Counted from the stretch's first letter, positions 20,209-33,314 are shown. The stretch is DNA of 64,000 bases from Candidatus Latescibacterota bacterium (GCA_965248355.1 OZ252098.1:5024001-5088000); one strand, 5' to 3'. A program made the numbers and translations. The notes: a model not told the origin generated them from the sequence alone.

Positions 20209-21467
20209 CCACCGAGGACCTGAAGCAACGCCTCTTCGCCGAAGTCGACCGCAGGATGCCGGAGTTCCTGGGTGTGCTGCGCGACGTCGTCGCCATCCCC
20301 ACCGACAACCCGCCCGGCGACACCACCGCCTGCGTCGACTACCTGGTCCGCTACCTGCAATCGAAGGGCCTGCCCGCCGACGTCTACGAGCCGCAGCCGA
20401 CGGTGCAGAGCCTGGTCTCCTGGAAGAAGGGCCGCGAGGCCGGCCGCAACCTCGTCCTCAACGGCCACCTCGATCAGTTCCCGGCCGGCGACCCGGAGGC
20501 CTGGTCCTTCGATCCCTACTCCGGCGAGTGCCGGGACGGCCGCATCCTCGGCCGCGGCGTGGGCGACATGAAGGCGGGATCGGTGGCCTCCCTGCTGTCG
20601 CTGGTACTGCTTCACGAGCTCGACGCCCCGATCCGCGGCCAGCTCACCCTGACCCTGGTGGGCGACGAGGAGAGGGGCGGGGACTGGGGCTCCGACTGGC
20701 TGCTGGAGCACGTGCCCATGACCCGCGGCGACGCCTGCCTGAACAGCGAGCCCACCGGGATGGACCAGGTGCTGATCGGGCACAAGGGCAAGTACACGCT
20801 GCTCGTCGGCACCCGTCACGGCGGCGGTTTGGCGGCGGTGCCGGTGGAGGACGACGCCATCGCCAGGGCCATGACCGTGGCCGGGGCGCTGATGGAGCTG
20901 AAGGGCTGGCGTCTCGAGACCCCGCCCGAGGTGGCCGATGCCGTGGCCCGGGGGCGGGACCGGTCCGTGCGCGGCGGTGAGCTGGCGGGCAAGGGCTGGG
21001 TGGCGGACTCGACCACGGTCAACGTGGGGGTGATCCAGGGGGGCGTGCAGAGCAACACCATCCCCACGGACTGCCGCATGGAGATCGACCTGAGAACTCC
21101 CGTCGGCGTCTCCACCCGGGACCTGCAAAGGAAGGTGGAGGAGGTGCTGGCCGGCACGGGCCTCGACCGCGGGGAGATCGACCTGGAGTGGGTGGTGTGC
21201 CTGGAGTCGGCCTGGTCGGCTCCCGACGAGGAGATCGTGCGCACCGTGGCCGCCAACGCCCGCCGCATCACGGGGCGCGAGATCGAGGCCAACGTGAGCT
21301 ACGGCTCGACGGACACCCGCTTCTGGTGGCAGCGGGGCATCCCGGCGGCGATCTACGGCACCGGCCTGGAGAACATCGCCGTCCCCGACGAGCACATCCT
21401 CGAGCCCGAGTTCGGGCAGGTGCTGAAGGTCCACGCCGCCACCTGCGTCGACTACCTGTGCCGCTGA
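20205..21467 (+). CDS. ArgE/DapE-family M20 deacylase
   Basis: ATGA overlap with the remnant's stop. NGHLD, GRGVGDMK, GDEE, SEP, GSTD and PDEH motifs. Confidence 0.88.
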   Translation: MTTEDLKQRLFAEVDRRMPEFLGVLRDVVAIPTDNPPGDTTACVDYLVRYLQSKGLPADVYEPQPTVQSLVSWKKGREAGRNLVLNGHLDQFPAGDPEAWSFDPYSGECRDGRILGRGVGDMKAGSVASLLSLVLLHELDAPIRGQLTLTLVGDEERGGDWGSDWLLEHVPMTRGDACLNSEPTGMDQVLIGHKGKYTLLVGTRHGGGLAAVPVEDDAIARAMTVAGALMELKGWRLETPPEVADAVARGRDRSVRGGELAGKGWVADSTTVNVGVIQGGVQSNTIPTDCRMEIDLRTPVGVSTRDLQRKVEEVLAGTGLDRGEIDLEWVVCLESAWSAPDEEIVRTVAANARRITGREIEANVSYGSTDTRFWWQRGIPAAIYGTGLENIAVPDEHILEPEFGQVLKVHAATCVDYLCR

Positions 21468-21506
21468 TTTGAACAGGCCGGAGAGAACGGTCATCTTCTA
21501 CCGGCT

Positions 21507-22364
21507 ATGACCGCCCTGCACGCCTGCTTCGAGCTCACCAAGCCGCGCATCGTGGCCATGGTCCTGGTGGCCACCGCCCTGGGGTTCCACCTCGGCGGAC
21601 AGGGGGGGCCGGACGTTGCCATTCTCGCCCTGACCCTGCTCGGCACGGCCCTCACCGCTTCCGGCTCCGGCGTGCTCAATCACTACCTGGAGCGCGACGT
21701 GGACGCCCTCATGCGGCGCACCCGTTCCCGGCCCCTCCCGGCGGGCGATCTCCAGCCGTCGACGGCCCTCTCCCTCGGCTTCCTCCTGATCCTCGGCGGA
21801 CAGATCGTGCTCGTCCTCGGGGTGAACCTGCTCACCGCCTGGCTGGGGTTGCTGACCGCCTTCCTCTACGTCGTCATCTACACGCCGCTGAAGCGGCTCA
21901 CCTGGCTGAACACCTCCCTGGGCAGCATCCCCGGCGCCCTGCCGCCGGTGGGCGGATGGGCGGCGGCCACGGGCGGCCTCGACACCGGCGCCTGGGTGCT
22001 GTTCGCCATCCTCTTCGCTTGGCAGCACCCCCACTTCTACGCCATCGCCTGGATCTTCCGCGACGACTACCGGCGCGGCGGTTTCCGCATGCTCCCGGTG
22101 CTGGAGGAGCACGGGCATCGCACCTGCCGCCACATCCTGGCCTTCAGCCTGCTGCTGCTGGCCTGCTCGGTGCTGCCCACGGCCCTGGGCATGTCGGGGA
22201 TGCTCTACGGGGCGGGGGCCCTGGTCCTCGGCCTGCTGCTGCTCGCCCCCGGGGTGACCCTGGCGCGGTCCCGCGCCACCAGCGACGCCCGGCGCCTCCT
22301 GCGGGCCTCCGTCCTCTACCTGCCGCTCCTGTTCCTGCTCTCCATCGTCGACCAGAGCCTCTAG
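21507..22364 (+). CDS. cyoE: Protoheme IX farnesyltransferase (heme o synthase)
   Basis: LTKPRI, N..ERDVDALMRRTRSRPLP, YTPLKR, GALPP and WQHPHF motifs. Confidence 0.95.
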   Translation: MTALHACFELTKPRIVAMVLVATALGFHLGGQGGPDVAILALTLLGTALTASGSGVLNHYLERDVDALMRRTRSRPLPAGDLQPSTALSLGFLLILGGQIVLVLGVNLLTAWLGLLTAFLYVVIYTPLKRLTWLNTSLGSIPGALPPVGGWAAATGGLDTGAWVLFAILFAWQHPHFYAIAWIFRDDYRRGGFRMLPVLEEHGHRTCRHILAFSLLLLACSVLPTALGMSGMLYGAGALVLGLLLLAPGVTLARSRATSDARRLLRASVLYLPLLFLLSIVDQSL

Positions 22365-22987
22365 CGGCCCAGCCACCGGAGGGCCTGGCGGTAGTCCGCC
22401 GGTTCGTTGAGGTTGGCCAGAAGCCGTCCGTGGACGTCGAAGCGCCGCCAGTGGGGCCTCGGCAGGAGCCGGGCGTCGATGGCCCGGACGAAGTCCCGGA
22501 CCCGCAGCCGTCGGGCCTCGATCCACTCGCCCAGCTGGGCCCGGCAGGAGGCGGGGTACACGGCGCACAGGGGGTGGCAGCGGCCGTCCTCCTCGGCCGG
22601 CACGACGGCAGATCCCCCCTCCCCCTGCGACACCAGGTAGGACAGGAAGGGCAGGGTCAGGAAGGGGAGGTCGCAGGCCAGCAGCAGCACGCGGTCGGCC
22701 CCGGTGGCCGCGAAGCCGGCCTCCAGGCCGCCGAGAGGTCCGGCGTCGGGGTGACGGTCGCGAAGCACGGGCCGGCCGAGCCGTTCCAGCAGCCGCCTGA
22801 GTTCGTCGCTGTCGGCCGCCGGCTCGCGGCCGGCCACCAGGCGCACGGGGTGGTCCAGGCCATCGGCCGTGTCGAGGATGCGCTCGAGGACCGTGCGGTC
22901 CCCGAGCGGCAGGGCCGCCTTGGCGCGGCCCCCCATGCGCCGGCTGCGGCCTCCCACGAGGATGGCGACAGCCGTCCCCGACGCCAA
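22361..22987 (-). CDS. mobA: Molybdenum cofactor guanylyltransferase-like NTP transferase
   Basis: ILVGGRSRRMG..KA, GPLGGL, ACDLP, HPLCAVY and NLNEP motifs. Confidence 0.85.
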   Translation of the reverse strand: MASGTAVAILVGGRSRRMGGRAKAALPLGDRTVLERILDTADGLDHPVRLVAGREPAADSDELRRLLERLGRPVLRDRHPDAGPLGGLEAGFAATGADRVLLLACDLPFLTLPFLSYLVSQGEGGSAVVPAEEDGRCHPLCAVYPASCRAQLGEWIEARRLRVRDFVRAIDARLLPRPHWRRFDVHGRLLANLNEPADYRQALRWLGR

Positions 22988-22991
22988 GGGG

Positions 22992-23771
22992 CTACTCCGC
23001 GGGGGGGTGCGGGCCGGCGGAGCGGGCGTTGATCACCGCGGCCGAGTACCCGGCGCCGTAGCCGTTGTCGATGTTGACCACCAGGACCCCCGGGGCGCAG
23101 GAGTTGAGCATGGTCAGCAGGGCCGCCAGGCCGCCGAAGCTGGCCCCGTACCCCACGCTCGTGGGCACGGCGATGACGGGGGCTTCCACGAGACCGCCGA
23201 CGACGCTGGCCAGGGCGCCCTCCATGCCGGCGGTGACGACGATCACCCGGGCCTGGAGGAGGCGCTTGCGGCAGGCGAGGAGCCGGTGGATGCCGGCCAC
23301 GCCCACGTCGAAGATGCCCTCGGCGCGCGCGCCCATGGTCCGGGCCGTGACCAGGGCCTCGCGGGCCACGGGCACGTCGGAGGTGCCGGCCGACAGGACG
23401 AGGACGAGCCCGGCCGGCGTGGGCGAGGGCGCGTCCCCGGGGCGGATGACCACGGTGCGCGCCATCTCGTCGTGCTCGGCCGCGGGGAAGCGCTCGGTCA
23501 GGGCCCGGGCCGTGGCCGGCTCCGCCCGCGTGGCCAGAACCAGGGACCCGGCCGCCGCGAGGCGCTCGGCGATGGCCACCGTCTGCTGCGGCGACTTCCC
23601 CTCGCAGAAGATCGTCTCGGGATAGCCGAGCCGCAGGGCGCGGTGGTGGTCGACGCGGGCGAAGCCGAGATCCTCGAAGGGGAGGTTGCGCAGGCGCTCC
23701 AGGGCCTGCTCCGGGCTCGTGGCGCCGCCGGCGACCTGGTCCAGCAGGGCTCTGAGATGGGCTGCCTCCAC
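22992..23771 (-). CDS. larB: Nickel-pincer cofactor biosynthesis protein LarB (PurE-like)
   Basis: DHHRALR.G.PE, AGTSD.PVA.EA, DVGVAGIHRL, AGMEGAL, PTSVGYG and VNIDNGYGA motifs. Confidence 0.93.
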   Translation of the reverse strand: MEAAHLRALLDQVAGGATSPEQALERLRNLPFEDLGFARVDHHRALRLGYPETIFCEGKSPQQTVAIAERLAAAGSLVLATRAEPATARALTERFPAAEHDEMARTVVIRPGDAPSPTPAGLVLVLSAGTSDVPVAREALVTARTMGARAEGIFDVGVAGIHRLLACRKRLLQARVIVVTAGMEGALASVVGGLVEAPVIAVPTSVGYGASFGGLAALLTMLNSCAPGVLVVNIDNGYGAGYSAAVINARSAGPHPPAE

Positions 23772-23780
23772 GCTGGTCCC

Positions 23781-24605
23781 CTAGGAATCCCCCGCGGCCT
23801 CGACCTGGATCGAGAACCGGGCGGAGACCGTGTCGGAGGGCGAATCGATGGCGTCGGTCACGGCGATCTCGATCTCGTGCCGGGCCCCGGCCAGGGGGAT
23901 GAGCCGCACGCGGACCGTGTCGGCCTCCGCCGCCGGCCGCTGCTGGCGGATCCACCCCGCCCCCTCTTCGTCGGCGTGGTGCGACCCAACGCCGCCGAGG
24001 GCCCGCACCAGGGCCAGGATCTCCCCCGCCTCGTCGGTGAGGCGGACCCCGTTGTGGTCGGCCCAGGTGGAGGCCCCGGCGCGGAACCTCCACAGGTAGG
24101 TGAGATCGTCGCCGTCCTCGTCGTCGGCCAGGGCGGCCAGGATCAGCGTGTCGCGCGTGGTGATGGTGCGGCTCCCGGGGGCGGAGCGCAGGGCCGGCGG
24201 CCGCTGCACCACCTCGATCTGGAAGCTCTCCGTGGCGTCCTCGGTCTCCGGGGCGCCGTCCTGGATGAGCACCGTGATCAGGAAGACCTCGGAGGATCCC
24301 TCGATCGAGTTCGGCGCGATCCAGTCGGTGGCGCTCTTGGTGGAGTCGGTGAAGCTCCCGGCTTCGGCCTGCCACAGGTAGGAGAGGGGATCGTCGTCCT
24401 CGTCGGAGGCACCCACGCGCAGGGAGACCCGGCCGCCGCGCTTCACGTGGGTGGTATCGGCCTCCCGCATCTGGACCACGGGCGGCACGTTCGGCAGGTC
24501 CTGGTGGAAGACGGTGCAGGATCCGGCGGCCAGGGCCGCGGCGAGAACCGACAGGCTCAGGGGACCGAGGGCGGCGACGGGCGTGGACCGCCGTGGCCCG
24601 GTCAT
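23781..24605 (-). CDS. Putative lipoprotein with two Ig/PKD-like repeats
   Basis: Lipobox-like AAGSC. Two P......A.D.D.D.L.Y.W repeats. Confidence 0.6.
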   Translation of the reverse strand: MTGPRRSTPVAALGPLSLSVLAAALAAGSCTVFHQDLPNVPPVVQMREADTTHVKRGGRVSLRVGASDEDDDPLSYLWQAEAGSFTDSTKSATDWIAPNSIEGSSEVFLITVLIQDGAPETEDATESFQIEVVQRPPALRSAPGSRTITTRDTLILAALADDEDGDDLTYLWRFRAGASTWADHNGVRLTDEAGEILALVRALGGVGSHHADEEGAGWIRQQRPAAEADTVRVRLIPLAGARHEIEIAVTDAIDSPSDTVSARFSIQVEAAGDS

Positions 24606-25504
24606 TCGGGCAGCAGCAGCCCCAGGAGGCGCTCGAGGTCGTCGTCGCCGTAGAACTCGATCTCGATGCTTCCCTTGTCGCGCCGCCGCCGGATGGCGAT
24701 CGCCGTGGCGTAGCGCTGCCGGAGCCGCTCCTCGAAGTCGGCCAGCAGGGCCTCGGCGCCGCCGTCGCCGTCGGAGTCGCCGCCGCCGTCGGAGCCCTCC
24801 CGGTCCCGGCGGCGGTTGCCTCCCTTGCCGAGGCTGCGCACGGCGCGCTCGAGATCGCGCACCGTCATGCTCTCGGCGGCGCAGCGGCGGCCGAGGTCGA
24901 GGGCCTCCTTCTCGTCGAGGCTGACCAGGGCCCGGGCGTGGCCCATCTGCAGCTCGCCGGCGCGCAGCATCTCCTGGACCTCCTCGGGCAGCCGGAGCAG
25001 CCGCAGCGCGTTGGCCACCGTGGAGCGGTCCTTGCCGACGCGGGAGGCGATGTCCTCCTGGGTGAGCTGGCAGGTGCTCATGAGGGCGCGGTAGGCCTCG
25101 GCCTCCTCGACGGGGTTCAGGTCCTCGCGCTGGATGTTCTCGATCAGGGCCAGCTCCATCAGCTCCTGGGCCGACTCGATCTCGTGGACGATGGCCGGCA
25201 CCGTCTCCAGTCCGGCGAGCCGGGCGGCGCGCAGGCGCCGCTCCCCGAGGATGAGGTGGTAGCTGTTGGGGGAGGTGCGGTTGACGGCCAGGGGCTGGAT
25301 GATCCCCTTCTCGCGGATCGAGTCGGCCAGCTCGCGCAGCCCCTGGTCGTCGAAGTCGAGACGGGGCTGGTGAGGGCTGGGCTCGATGTCGCCCAGGGGC
25401 AGCTCGACGACCTGCACCTGGAGCTCGCCGTCGACGCTCTCCGGGTACTCCGTGATCAGGGCGTGGATGCCCTTGCCGAGCACCTCCCGGCGCCGCTTAG
25501 CCAT
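24602..25504 (-). CDS. parB: Chromosome partitioning protein ParB
   Basis: LGKGI.AL N-terminus, QPR, CTP-binding motif GERRLRAA, ENIQREDL and an HTH (TQEDIA.RVGKDRSTVAN). Confidence 0.96.
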   Translation of the reverse strand: MAKRRREVLGKGIHALITEYPESVDGELQVQVVELPLGDIEPSPHQPRLDFDDQGLRELADSIREKGIIQPLAVNRTSPNSYHLILGERRLRAARLAGLETVPAIVHEIESAQELMELALIENIQREDLNPVEEAEAYRALMSTCQLTQEDIASRVGKDRSTVANALRLLRLPEEVQEMLRAGELQMGHARALVSLDEKEALDLGRRCAAESMTVRDLERAVRSLGKGGNRRRDREGSDGGGDSDGDGGAEALLADFEERLRQRYATAIAIRRRRDKGSIEIEFYGDDDLERLLGLLLPE

Positions 25505-26330
25505 GCTGGATGATCTCGCCGGCGAGGTTCATGTAGTTCTGGGCCCCGGAGGAGACGATGTCGTAGAGCACGATGGGCTGTCCGTGGCCCGGGGCCTCGG
25601 CGAGGCGGACGTTCCGGGTGATAGCCGTCTTGTAGACCTTGCTGCCGAAGTAGGAGCGCACCTCGTCGGCCACCTGGCGGGAGAGGTTGAGGCGCTGGTC
25701 GAACATGGTCAGCAGCACACCGGCGATCTGCAGCTTCTTGTTGAGATGGCGCTGGATCAGGCGGATCGTGTTCAGCAGCTTGCCGAGCCCCTCCAGGGCG
25801 TAGTACTCGCACTGGATGGGGATCAGCACCGAGTCGGCCGCGGTCAGGGAGTTGAGGGTCAGCTGGCCGAGGGAGGGCGGGCAGTCGAGGATGATGTACT
25901 CGTAGTCGCCGGCCACCTCGGCGAGGATGTTCTGCAGCTTCTGCTCGCGGGCGATCATGTTGACCAGCTCGACCTCGGCGCCGGCCAGATTGACGTGGGA
26001 CGGCACCAGGGACAGCAGCGGGATCTGGGTCTCGCGGCAGACGGCGGCCAGGGAGGCGTGGCCGAGGAGGGCGTGGTAGATGTTGGCCGCCTCGACCTCG
26101 CCGGCCTCGAGCCCGCAGCCGCTCGTGGCGTTGGCCTGGGGGTCCATGTCCACCAGCAGGGTCGGTTTCTCGGCCACCGCCAGACAGGCGGCGAGGTTGA
26201 CGGCCGTCGTCGTCTTGCCGACCCCGCCCTTCTGGTTGGCCACGGCCATGATCGCCGGCCGCGGCGCCGGCCGCCCGCCGGGTTGTGGGTCGGACGCGAC
26301 GCCTGGCGCTTCCTCGGTGATCGAGCTCAT
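25497..26330 (-). CDS. parA: Chromosome partitioning ATPase ParA/Soj
   Basis: Deviant Walker A NQKGGVGKTT, DMDPQAN, DCPPSLG and QCEYYALEG. Confidence 0.96.
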   Translation of the reverse strand: MSSITEEAPGVASDPQPGGRPAPRPAIMAVANQKGGVGKTTTAVNLAACLAVAEKPTLLVDMDPQANATSGCGLEAGEVEAANIYHALLGHASLAAVCRETQIPLLSLVPSHVNLAGAEVELVNMIAREQKLQNILAEVAGDYEYIILDCPPSLGQLTLNSLTAADSVLIPIQCEYYALEGLGKLLNTIRLIQRHLNKKLQIAGVLLTMFDQRLNLSRQVADEVRSYFGSKVYKTAITRNVRLAEAPGHGQPIVLYDIVSSGAQNYMNLAGEIIQHG

Positions 26331-26342
26331 TTCGGCATCTGG

Positions 26343-29051
<2,709 letters not shown>

Positions 29052-29136
29052 TCTCTTTAGATCGGGGTTGGGTGTGGAGGGAGGGGGCGGGAAGCTCGAC
29101 GAACCGCGCCGCAATCCGGCCGCAACGTACCGGCCG

Positions 29137-30153
29137 TCAGTCCCAAACCTTCTCCCAGGCGCTGCTGGCCGCCGACCGGTACAGGGCCAGGGCCGTGCGC
29201 AGCTCGCCCAGGGAGTGCTCGGCCGGCGCCGCCGGCTCGGCGCCGTCGAGGACGACGCGGGCGAAGTCCTCCAGCTGGGGCCCGAAGGACTTCGGGTAGC
29301 CGGCCGGATCCATGACCCGCCGCCCCTCGCGGTGATCGCCGTCGAACAGGCGGAGGCCGCCCTCGAAGCCGCCGTCGATCAGGATCTCCCCCCGGGTGCC
29401 GGTGATCCGCCACCAGGGGTCGGGGCCGAGGACGGTGTCGAGCATGAGGGCGTCGAAGCCGGCCACGAGGCCGGAGCGGAAGCGGAAGATGGCGCGGCAG
29501 AGGGACTCGCCCTCCATGCTCCCCAGGGGATGGCCGAGGACGGCGATGACCTCGTCGATCTCGCCGAGCCACATGCGCAGGGGGCGCATCCAGTGGGAGC
29601 CGCCGTCGATGACGATGCCCCCACCCGTGCGTCCCCGGTCGAGACGCCAGGCCCTGGCGTCGGGGAACCAGTAGGTGTCGAACTCGCAGACGAAGGCGGC
29701 GCGGGCGGTGACCACCTCGCCGATGGCTCCCTCCTCGATCAGCTCGGCGGCGCGCACGATCTCGGGCCAGTACTGGGCGTTCTCGGCGACCATGAAGGCC
29801 GTCTCCGCCCGGGCGGCGGCCTCGAGGATGCGGTCGCAGCCGTCGAGGGTGGGGGCCATGGGCTTCTCGAGCAGCACGTGCCGTCCGGCGGCCAGGCAGG
29901 CGGTGGCCGCCCACTCGTGCAGGTCGTGGGGCAGCATGATGTCGACGGCGTCGAAGTCGCCGGCATCGAGGGCCTCCTCGAGGGAGGTGAAGACCGAGGC
30001 CCCCGTCTCCGCGGCCACGGCCTCGGCCCGGGCCGGATCGGTGTCGACGGCGGCGGTGACCTCGATGCGGCCGCTGCCCTCGGCGATGCCGTCGAGATGG
30101 TACCGGGAGATGGCGCCGCAGCCGATGAGGGCGAGCTTGAGTCGTCGGGTCAT
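29137..30153 (-). CDS. Gfo/Idh/MocA family oxidoreductase
   Basis: LIGCGAI Rossmann motif, HVLLEKPMA and GGG..IDGGSH. ATG at 30153. Confidence 0.9.
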   Translation of the reverse strand: MTRRLKLALIGCGAISRYHLDGIAEGSGRIEVTAAVDTDPARAEAVAAETGASVFTSLEEALDAGDFDAVDIMLPHDLHEWAATACLAAGRHVLLEKPMAPTLDGCDRILEAAARAETAFMVAENAQYWPEIVRAAELIEEGAIGEVVTARAAFVCEFDTYWFPDARAWRLDRGRTGGGIVIDGGSHWMRPLRMWLGEIDEVIAVLGHPLGSMEGESLCRAIFRFRSGLVAGFDALMLDTVLGPDPWWRITGTRGEILIDGGFEGGLRLFDGDHREGRRVMDPAGYPKSFGPQLEDFARVVLDGAEPAAPAEHSLGELRTALALYRSAASSAWEKVWD

Positions 30154-30188
30154 GGGTAGGGATTCCCGGGGAAAGGATTCTGCGAGCC

Positions 30189-30252
30189 ATCTTAAGGCCG
30201 CGGCCCAACCCCGGCAAGGGCATCGATCGGAGCCCCTCGCTTTGCCTATAAT
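30189..30252. promoter_or_regulatory. Divergent promoters: minus-strand TTGCCG-17-TAAGAT and plus-strand -10 TATAAT
   Basis: Minus-strand hexamers at 30212-30217 and 30189-30194. TATAAT at 30247-30252 precedes the GGGAGG SD of the TonB receptor. Confidence 0.5.
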
Positions 30253-30286
30253 TCCGACGAACCGCTGAATAACCAGGGAGGATCCC

Positions 30287-33241
30287 ATGAACCGTACAGC
30301 GCTGGCCGTCCTGGCCGCCCTCACCGCCGCCTGGGCCGTGGCCGCCGCCGCCGCCGACCTGAAAGGCACGATCACCGACGCCGATGGATCGCCGCTGCCG
30401 GGCGCCAACGTAGTCGTCACCGGAGGGGGCCTCGAACGGCCCCACGGCGCCGTCTCCGGGGCCGGCGGCAGCTACTCCGTCACCGCCCTGCCGCCCGGCA
30501 TGTACGAGGTCCGCGTCACCCACATCGGCTTCCGCACCGTGAAGCGGCCCCAGGTGCGCGTCGATCCCGCGGGGACGGCACTGGACTTCGAGCTCCAGGC
30601 CGCCGTCATCGACCTCGAGCAGAGCGTGGTCTCCGCCTCGCGGAGCCGGGAGAAGGCGCTCGACGCGCCGGCGTCGATCTCCATCGTCGAGACCGCCGAG
30701 ATCCAGGCGCGGCCGGCCCTCAGCGTCTCCGAGCACATCCGCGATCAGCCCGGCATCGACTTCGCCAAGACCGGGCTCGTGCAGAGCAACGTCGTGGCCC
30801 GCGGCTTCAACAACGTCTTCTCCGGGGCCCTGCTGACGATGACGGACAACCGCATCGCCCGCGTCCCCTCGCTGCGGGTCAACGCCCAGAACTTCATCCC
30901 CGTCACCAACCAGGACATCGAGCGCATCGAGGTCGTCCTCGGGCCGGGGTCGGCCCTCTACGGGCCGAACAGCGCCGACGGGGTCATGCACATCATCACG
31001 CGCTCGCCCTTCAACTCCGCCGGCACCGCGGTCTCCATCGGCGGCGGCGAGCGCTCCCTGGCCAGCGGCTCGATGCGCCACGCCGGGGTCGTCAACCCGA
31101 ACCTGGCCTACAAGATCTCGGCCCAGTACTACACCGGCACCGACTGGGCGTACGAGGATCCCGTGGAGGCCGCCGAGCGCCAGAAGGCGATCGCCGCCGG
31201 CGCCGATCCCGATGCCCTGCTCATCGGCGCCCGCGAGGAGAAGATCCAGCGCCAGAGCCTCGAGGCCCGGGTCGACGTGCGCCCGTCGGAGGACCTGACG
31301 GCGATCTTCACCTACGGGTACAACAAGGGGGACTACATCGAGCAGACCGGCCTCGGCGCCGGCCAGGCGGACGCCTGGACCTACCAGTTCCTCCAGGGCC
31401 GCGCCGTCTACGGGGACCTGTTCGTCCAGTACTACCGCAACCAGAGCGACGCCAACCACACCTACCTGCTGCGCACCGGCGAGCCCATCGTCGACCGGTC
31501 GACCCTGGACGTCTTCCAGGTGCAGCACGCCTGCGGGCTGGGCGCCCGCCAGCGCTTCACCTATGGCCTGGACGCCCAGTTCACCCGGCCCCGGACCGAG
31601 GGCACCATCCACGGCGGCAACGAGGAGGACGACGCCATCGACGAGGTCGGCGTCTACCTGCAGAGCGAGACCGGACTGAGCCGGCAGCTCGACCTCGTGC
31701 TCTCCCTGCGCTACGACAGCCACAGCCGCCTCGAGGACCCCGAGATCTCGCCGCGGGCGGGCCTCGTCTACAAGCCGCAGGAGACCCAGTCCTTCCGGCT
31801 CACCTGGAACCGCGCCTTCTCGACGCCCTCGACGAGCAATCTCTATCTCGATGTGCTCGCCCAGAAGGGCGTCTTCGCGCCGCTGGAGGCGTTCGCGCCC
31901 GTGCTGGGCTACAACCCCAACGTGGACGTGCGGGCTCAGGGGAGCTACCGCAAGGGCTTCGACGGCGGCTTCACCTTCCGGAGGGGCGCCGACGGGCGGG
32001 CCATGTACCGTTCATCCTTCGAGCCGCATATCATCGGCACCTTTGGCATGATGGGCCTCAGCCCCGGCGACCCGGGATACTCGATCGACGGCGACGGCTA
32101 CATCGCCCTCGACGACCCCTTGGCCACCAACGTGCAGTGGAACATCGGCCGCAGCGCCGTGCTCGCCCAGTTCACCCCGGCCCTGCAGCTCCTGGCGCCG
32201 GGCCTGATCGCCGGGATGCTGGTGCAGCAGGGCATGGACGCCGAGACCGCCCGGACGATGGCCCAGGAGCAGACGGCGGCGGTGCTGGCCGCCCTGCCGT
32301 CCCTCGTGCCGACGCAGCTTCCCGGTCTGACCAACAGCCTGGGCCGGCTGAATGTGCAGACCCGGGGCTTCGACCCGGTGGCCGGCGCTACGGACGTGCC
32401 CGGCACGGAGTCGACCATCACCCAGACCCTGGAGCTGGGGTACAAGGGGATCCTGGCCAACGAGCTGGTGGTCTCGGCCGATCTCTACCGCAGCCAGAGG
32501 AAGGGCTTCGTCGGGCCCCTGGCGGTGGAGACGCCCAGCGTCTTCCTCGACCGGGAGAGCCTGATGAAGGTGCTGGAGCCGGCCCTGGCCGCGCAGTTGG
32601 CGGATCCGGCCTATGCCCAGGTGGCGCTGGTCCTGGGGGCGCTGGACCAGGTCTCGATCCCCGGCGTCAGCGCGGGCGACAACGACGGCAGCGCCGCGGA
32701 CGAGCTGGCGGCGATCCTGGCCAACGGCACGGCGGGCATCCCCTTCGGCACGGTCTCGCCGGAGCAGGCCTACGACCCCACGGCGGTGATGCTCACGTAC
32801 CGCAACTTCGGCGACATCACCCTCTACGGACTCGACCTGGCCGTCGGCTGGTACCCGGGCGAGAGCTGGAACCTCACCGGCGGCTACTCCTTCGTCAGCG
32901 ACGACATCTTCCCGAACCTGGGCGGGATCGCCGATGTCGCCATCAACGCGCCGAAGCACAAGTTCAACGTGGGCGGCACCTGGCGCCTCCCGCAGCACCG
33001 CCTGCGGCTCGGCGCCCGCGGGCGCTACAGCGGCGCCTTCCCCATGAACTCGGGGGTCTACGTGGGGGACGTGGACGCCAACACCACCTTCGACCTGAGC
33101 TCCCGGTACGACCTGCCCTTCGGCGAGGGCCTGCACCTGCTGGTGAGCGTGGACAACGTCCTCGACAACGCCTACCAGTCCTTCGTAGGCGCCCCGGAGG
33201 TGGGCCGGCTGGCTCACGCCCAGCTCGGGATCGAGTTCTGA
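30287..33241 (+). CDS. TonB-dependent receptor with N-terminal CarboxypepD-like domain
   Basis: Signal peptide, GTITD..G.PLPGANV, plug motif IERIEVVLGPGSALYG and C-terminal Phe. Confidence 0.92.
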   Translation: MNRTALAVLAALTAAWAVAAAAADLKGTITDADGSPLPGANVVVTGGGLERPHGAVSGAGGSYSVTALPPGMYEVRVTHIGFRTVKRPQVRVDPAGTALDFELQAAVIDLEQSVVSASRSREKALDAPASISIVETAEIQARPALSVSEHIRDQPGIDFAKTGLVQSNVVARGFNNVFSGALLTMTDNRIARVPSLRVNAQNFIPVTNQDIERIEVVLGPGSALYGPNSADGVMHIITRSPFNSAGTAVSIGGGERSLASGSMRHAGVVNPNLAYKISAQYYTGTDWAYEDPVEAAERQKAIAAGADPDALLIGAREEKIQRQSLEARVDVRPSEDLTAIFTYGYNKGDYIEQTGLGAGQADAWTYQFLQGRAVYGDLFVQYYRNQSDANHTYLLRTGEPIVDRSTLDVFQVQHACGLGARQRFTYGLDAQFTRPRTEGTIHGGNEEDDAIDEVGVYLQSETGLSRQLDLVLSLRYDSHSRLEDPEISPRAGLVYKPQETQSFRLTWNRAFSTPSTSNLYLDVLAQKGVFAPLEAFAPVLGYNPNVDVRAQGSYRKGFDGGFTFRRGADGRAMYRSSFEPHIIGTFGMMGLSPGDPGYSIDGDGYIALDDPLATNVQWNIGRSAVLAQFTPALQLLAPGLIAGMLVQQGMDAETARTMAQEQTAAVLAALPSLVPTQLPGLTNSLGRLNVQTRGFDPVAGATDVPGTESTITQTLELGYKGILANELVVSADLYRSQRKGFVGPLAVETPSVFLDRESLMKVLEPALAAQLADPAYAQVALVLGALDQVSIPGVSAGDNDGSAADELAAILANGTAGIPFGTVSPEQAYDPTAVMLTYRNFGDITLYGLDLAVGWYPGESWNLTGGYSFVSDDIFPNLGGIADVAINAPKHKFNVGGTWRLPQHRLRLGARGRYSGAFPMNSGVYVGDVDANTTFDLSSRYDLPFGEGLHLLVSVDNVLDNAYQSFVGAPEVGRLAHAQLGIEF

Positions 33242-33253
33242 CGGAAGTCGGGA

Positions 33254-33314
33254 TCCCGCCCGCCGCCTGCCGGGGGCTCGCGGGCGGGACCTGGGCGCCG
33301 ATGGTGTTGGCGCC
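33254..33314. terminator. Two GC-rich hairpins between convergent genes
   Basis: TCCCGCCCGC/GCGGGCGGGA (33254-33289) and GGCGCCGA/TTGGCGCC (33294-33314). No U-tract. Confidence 0.35.

Noticed and set aside
24602..26342. parS sites or oriC near parAB
   Set aside because: No TGTTTCACGTGAAACA-like palindrome or DnaA-box cluster was noticed by eye, though the scan was not exhaustive.
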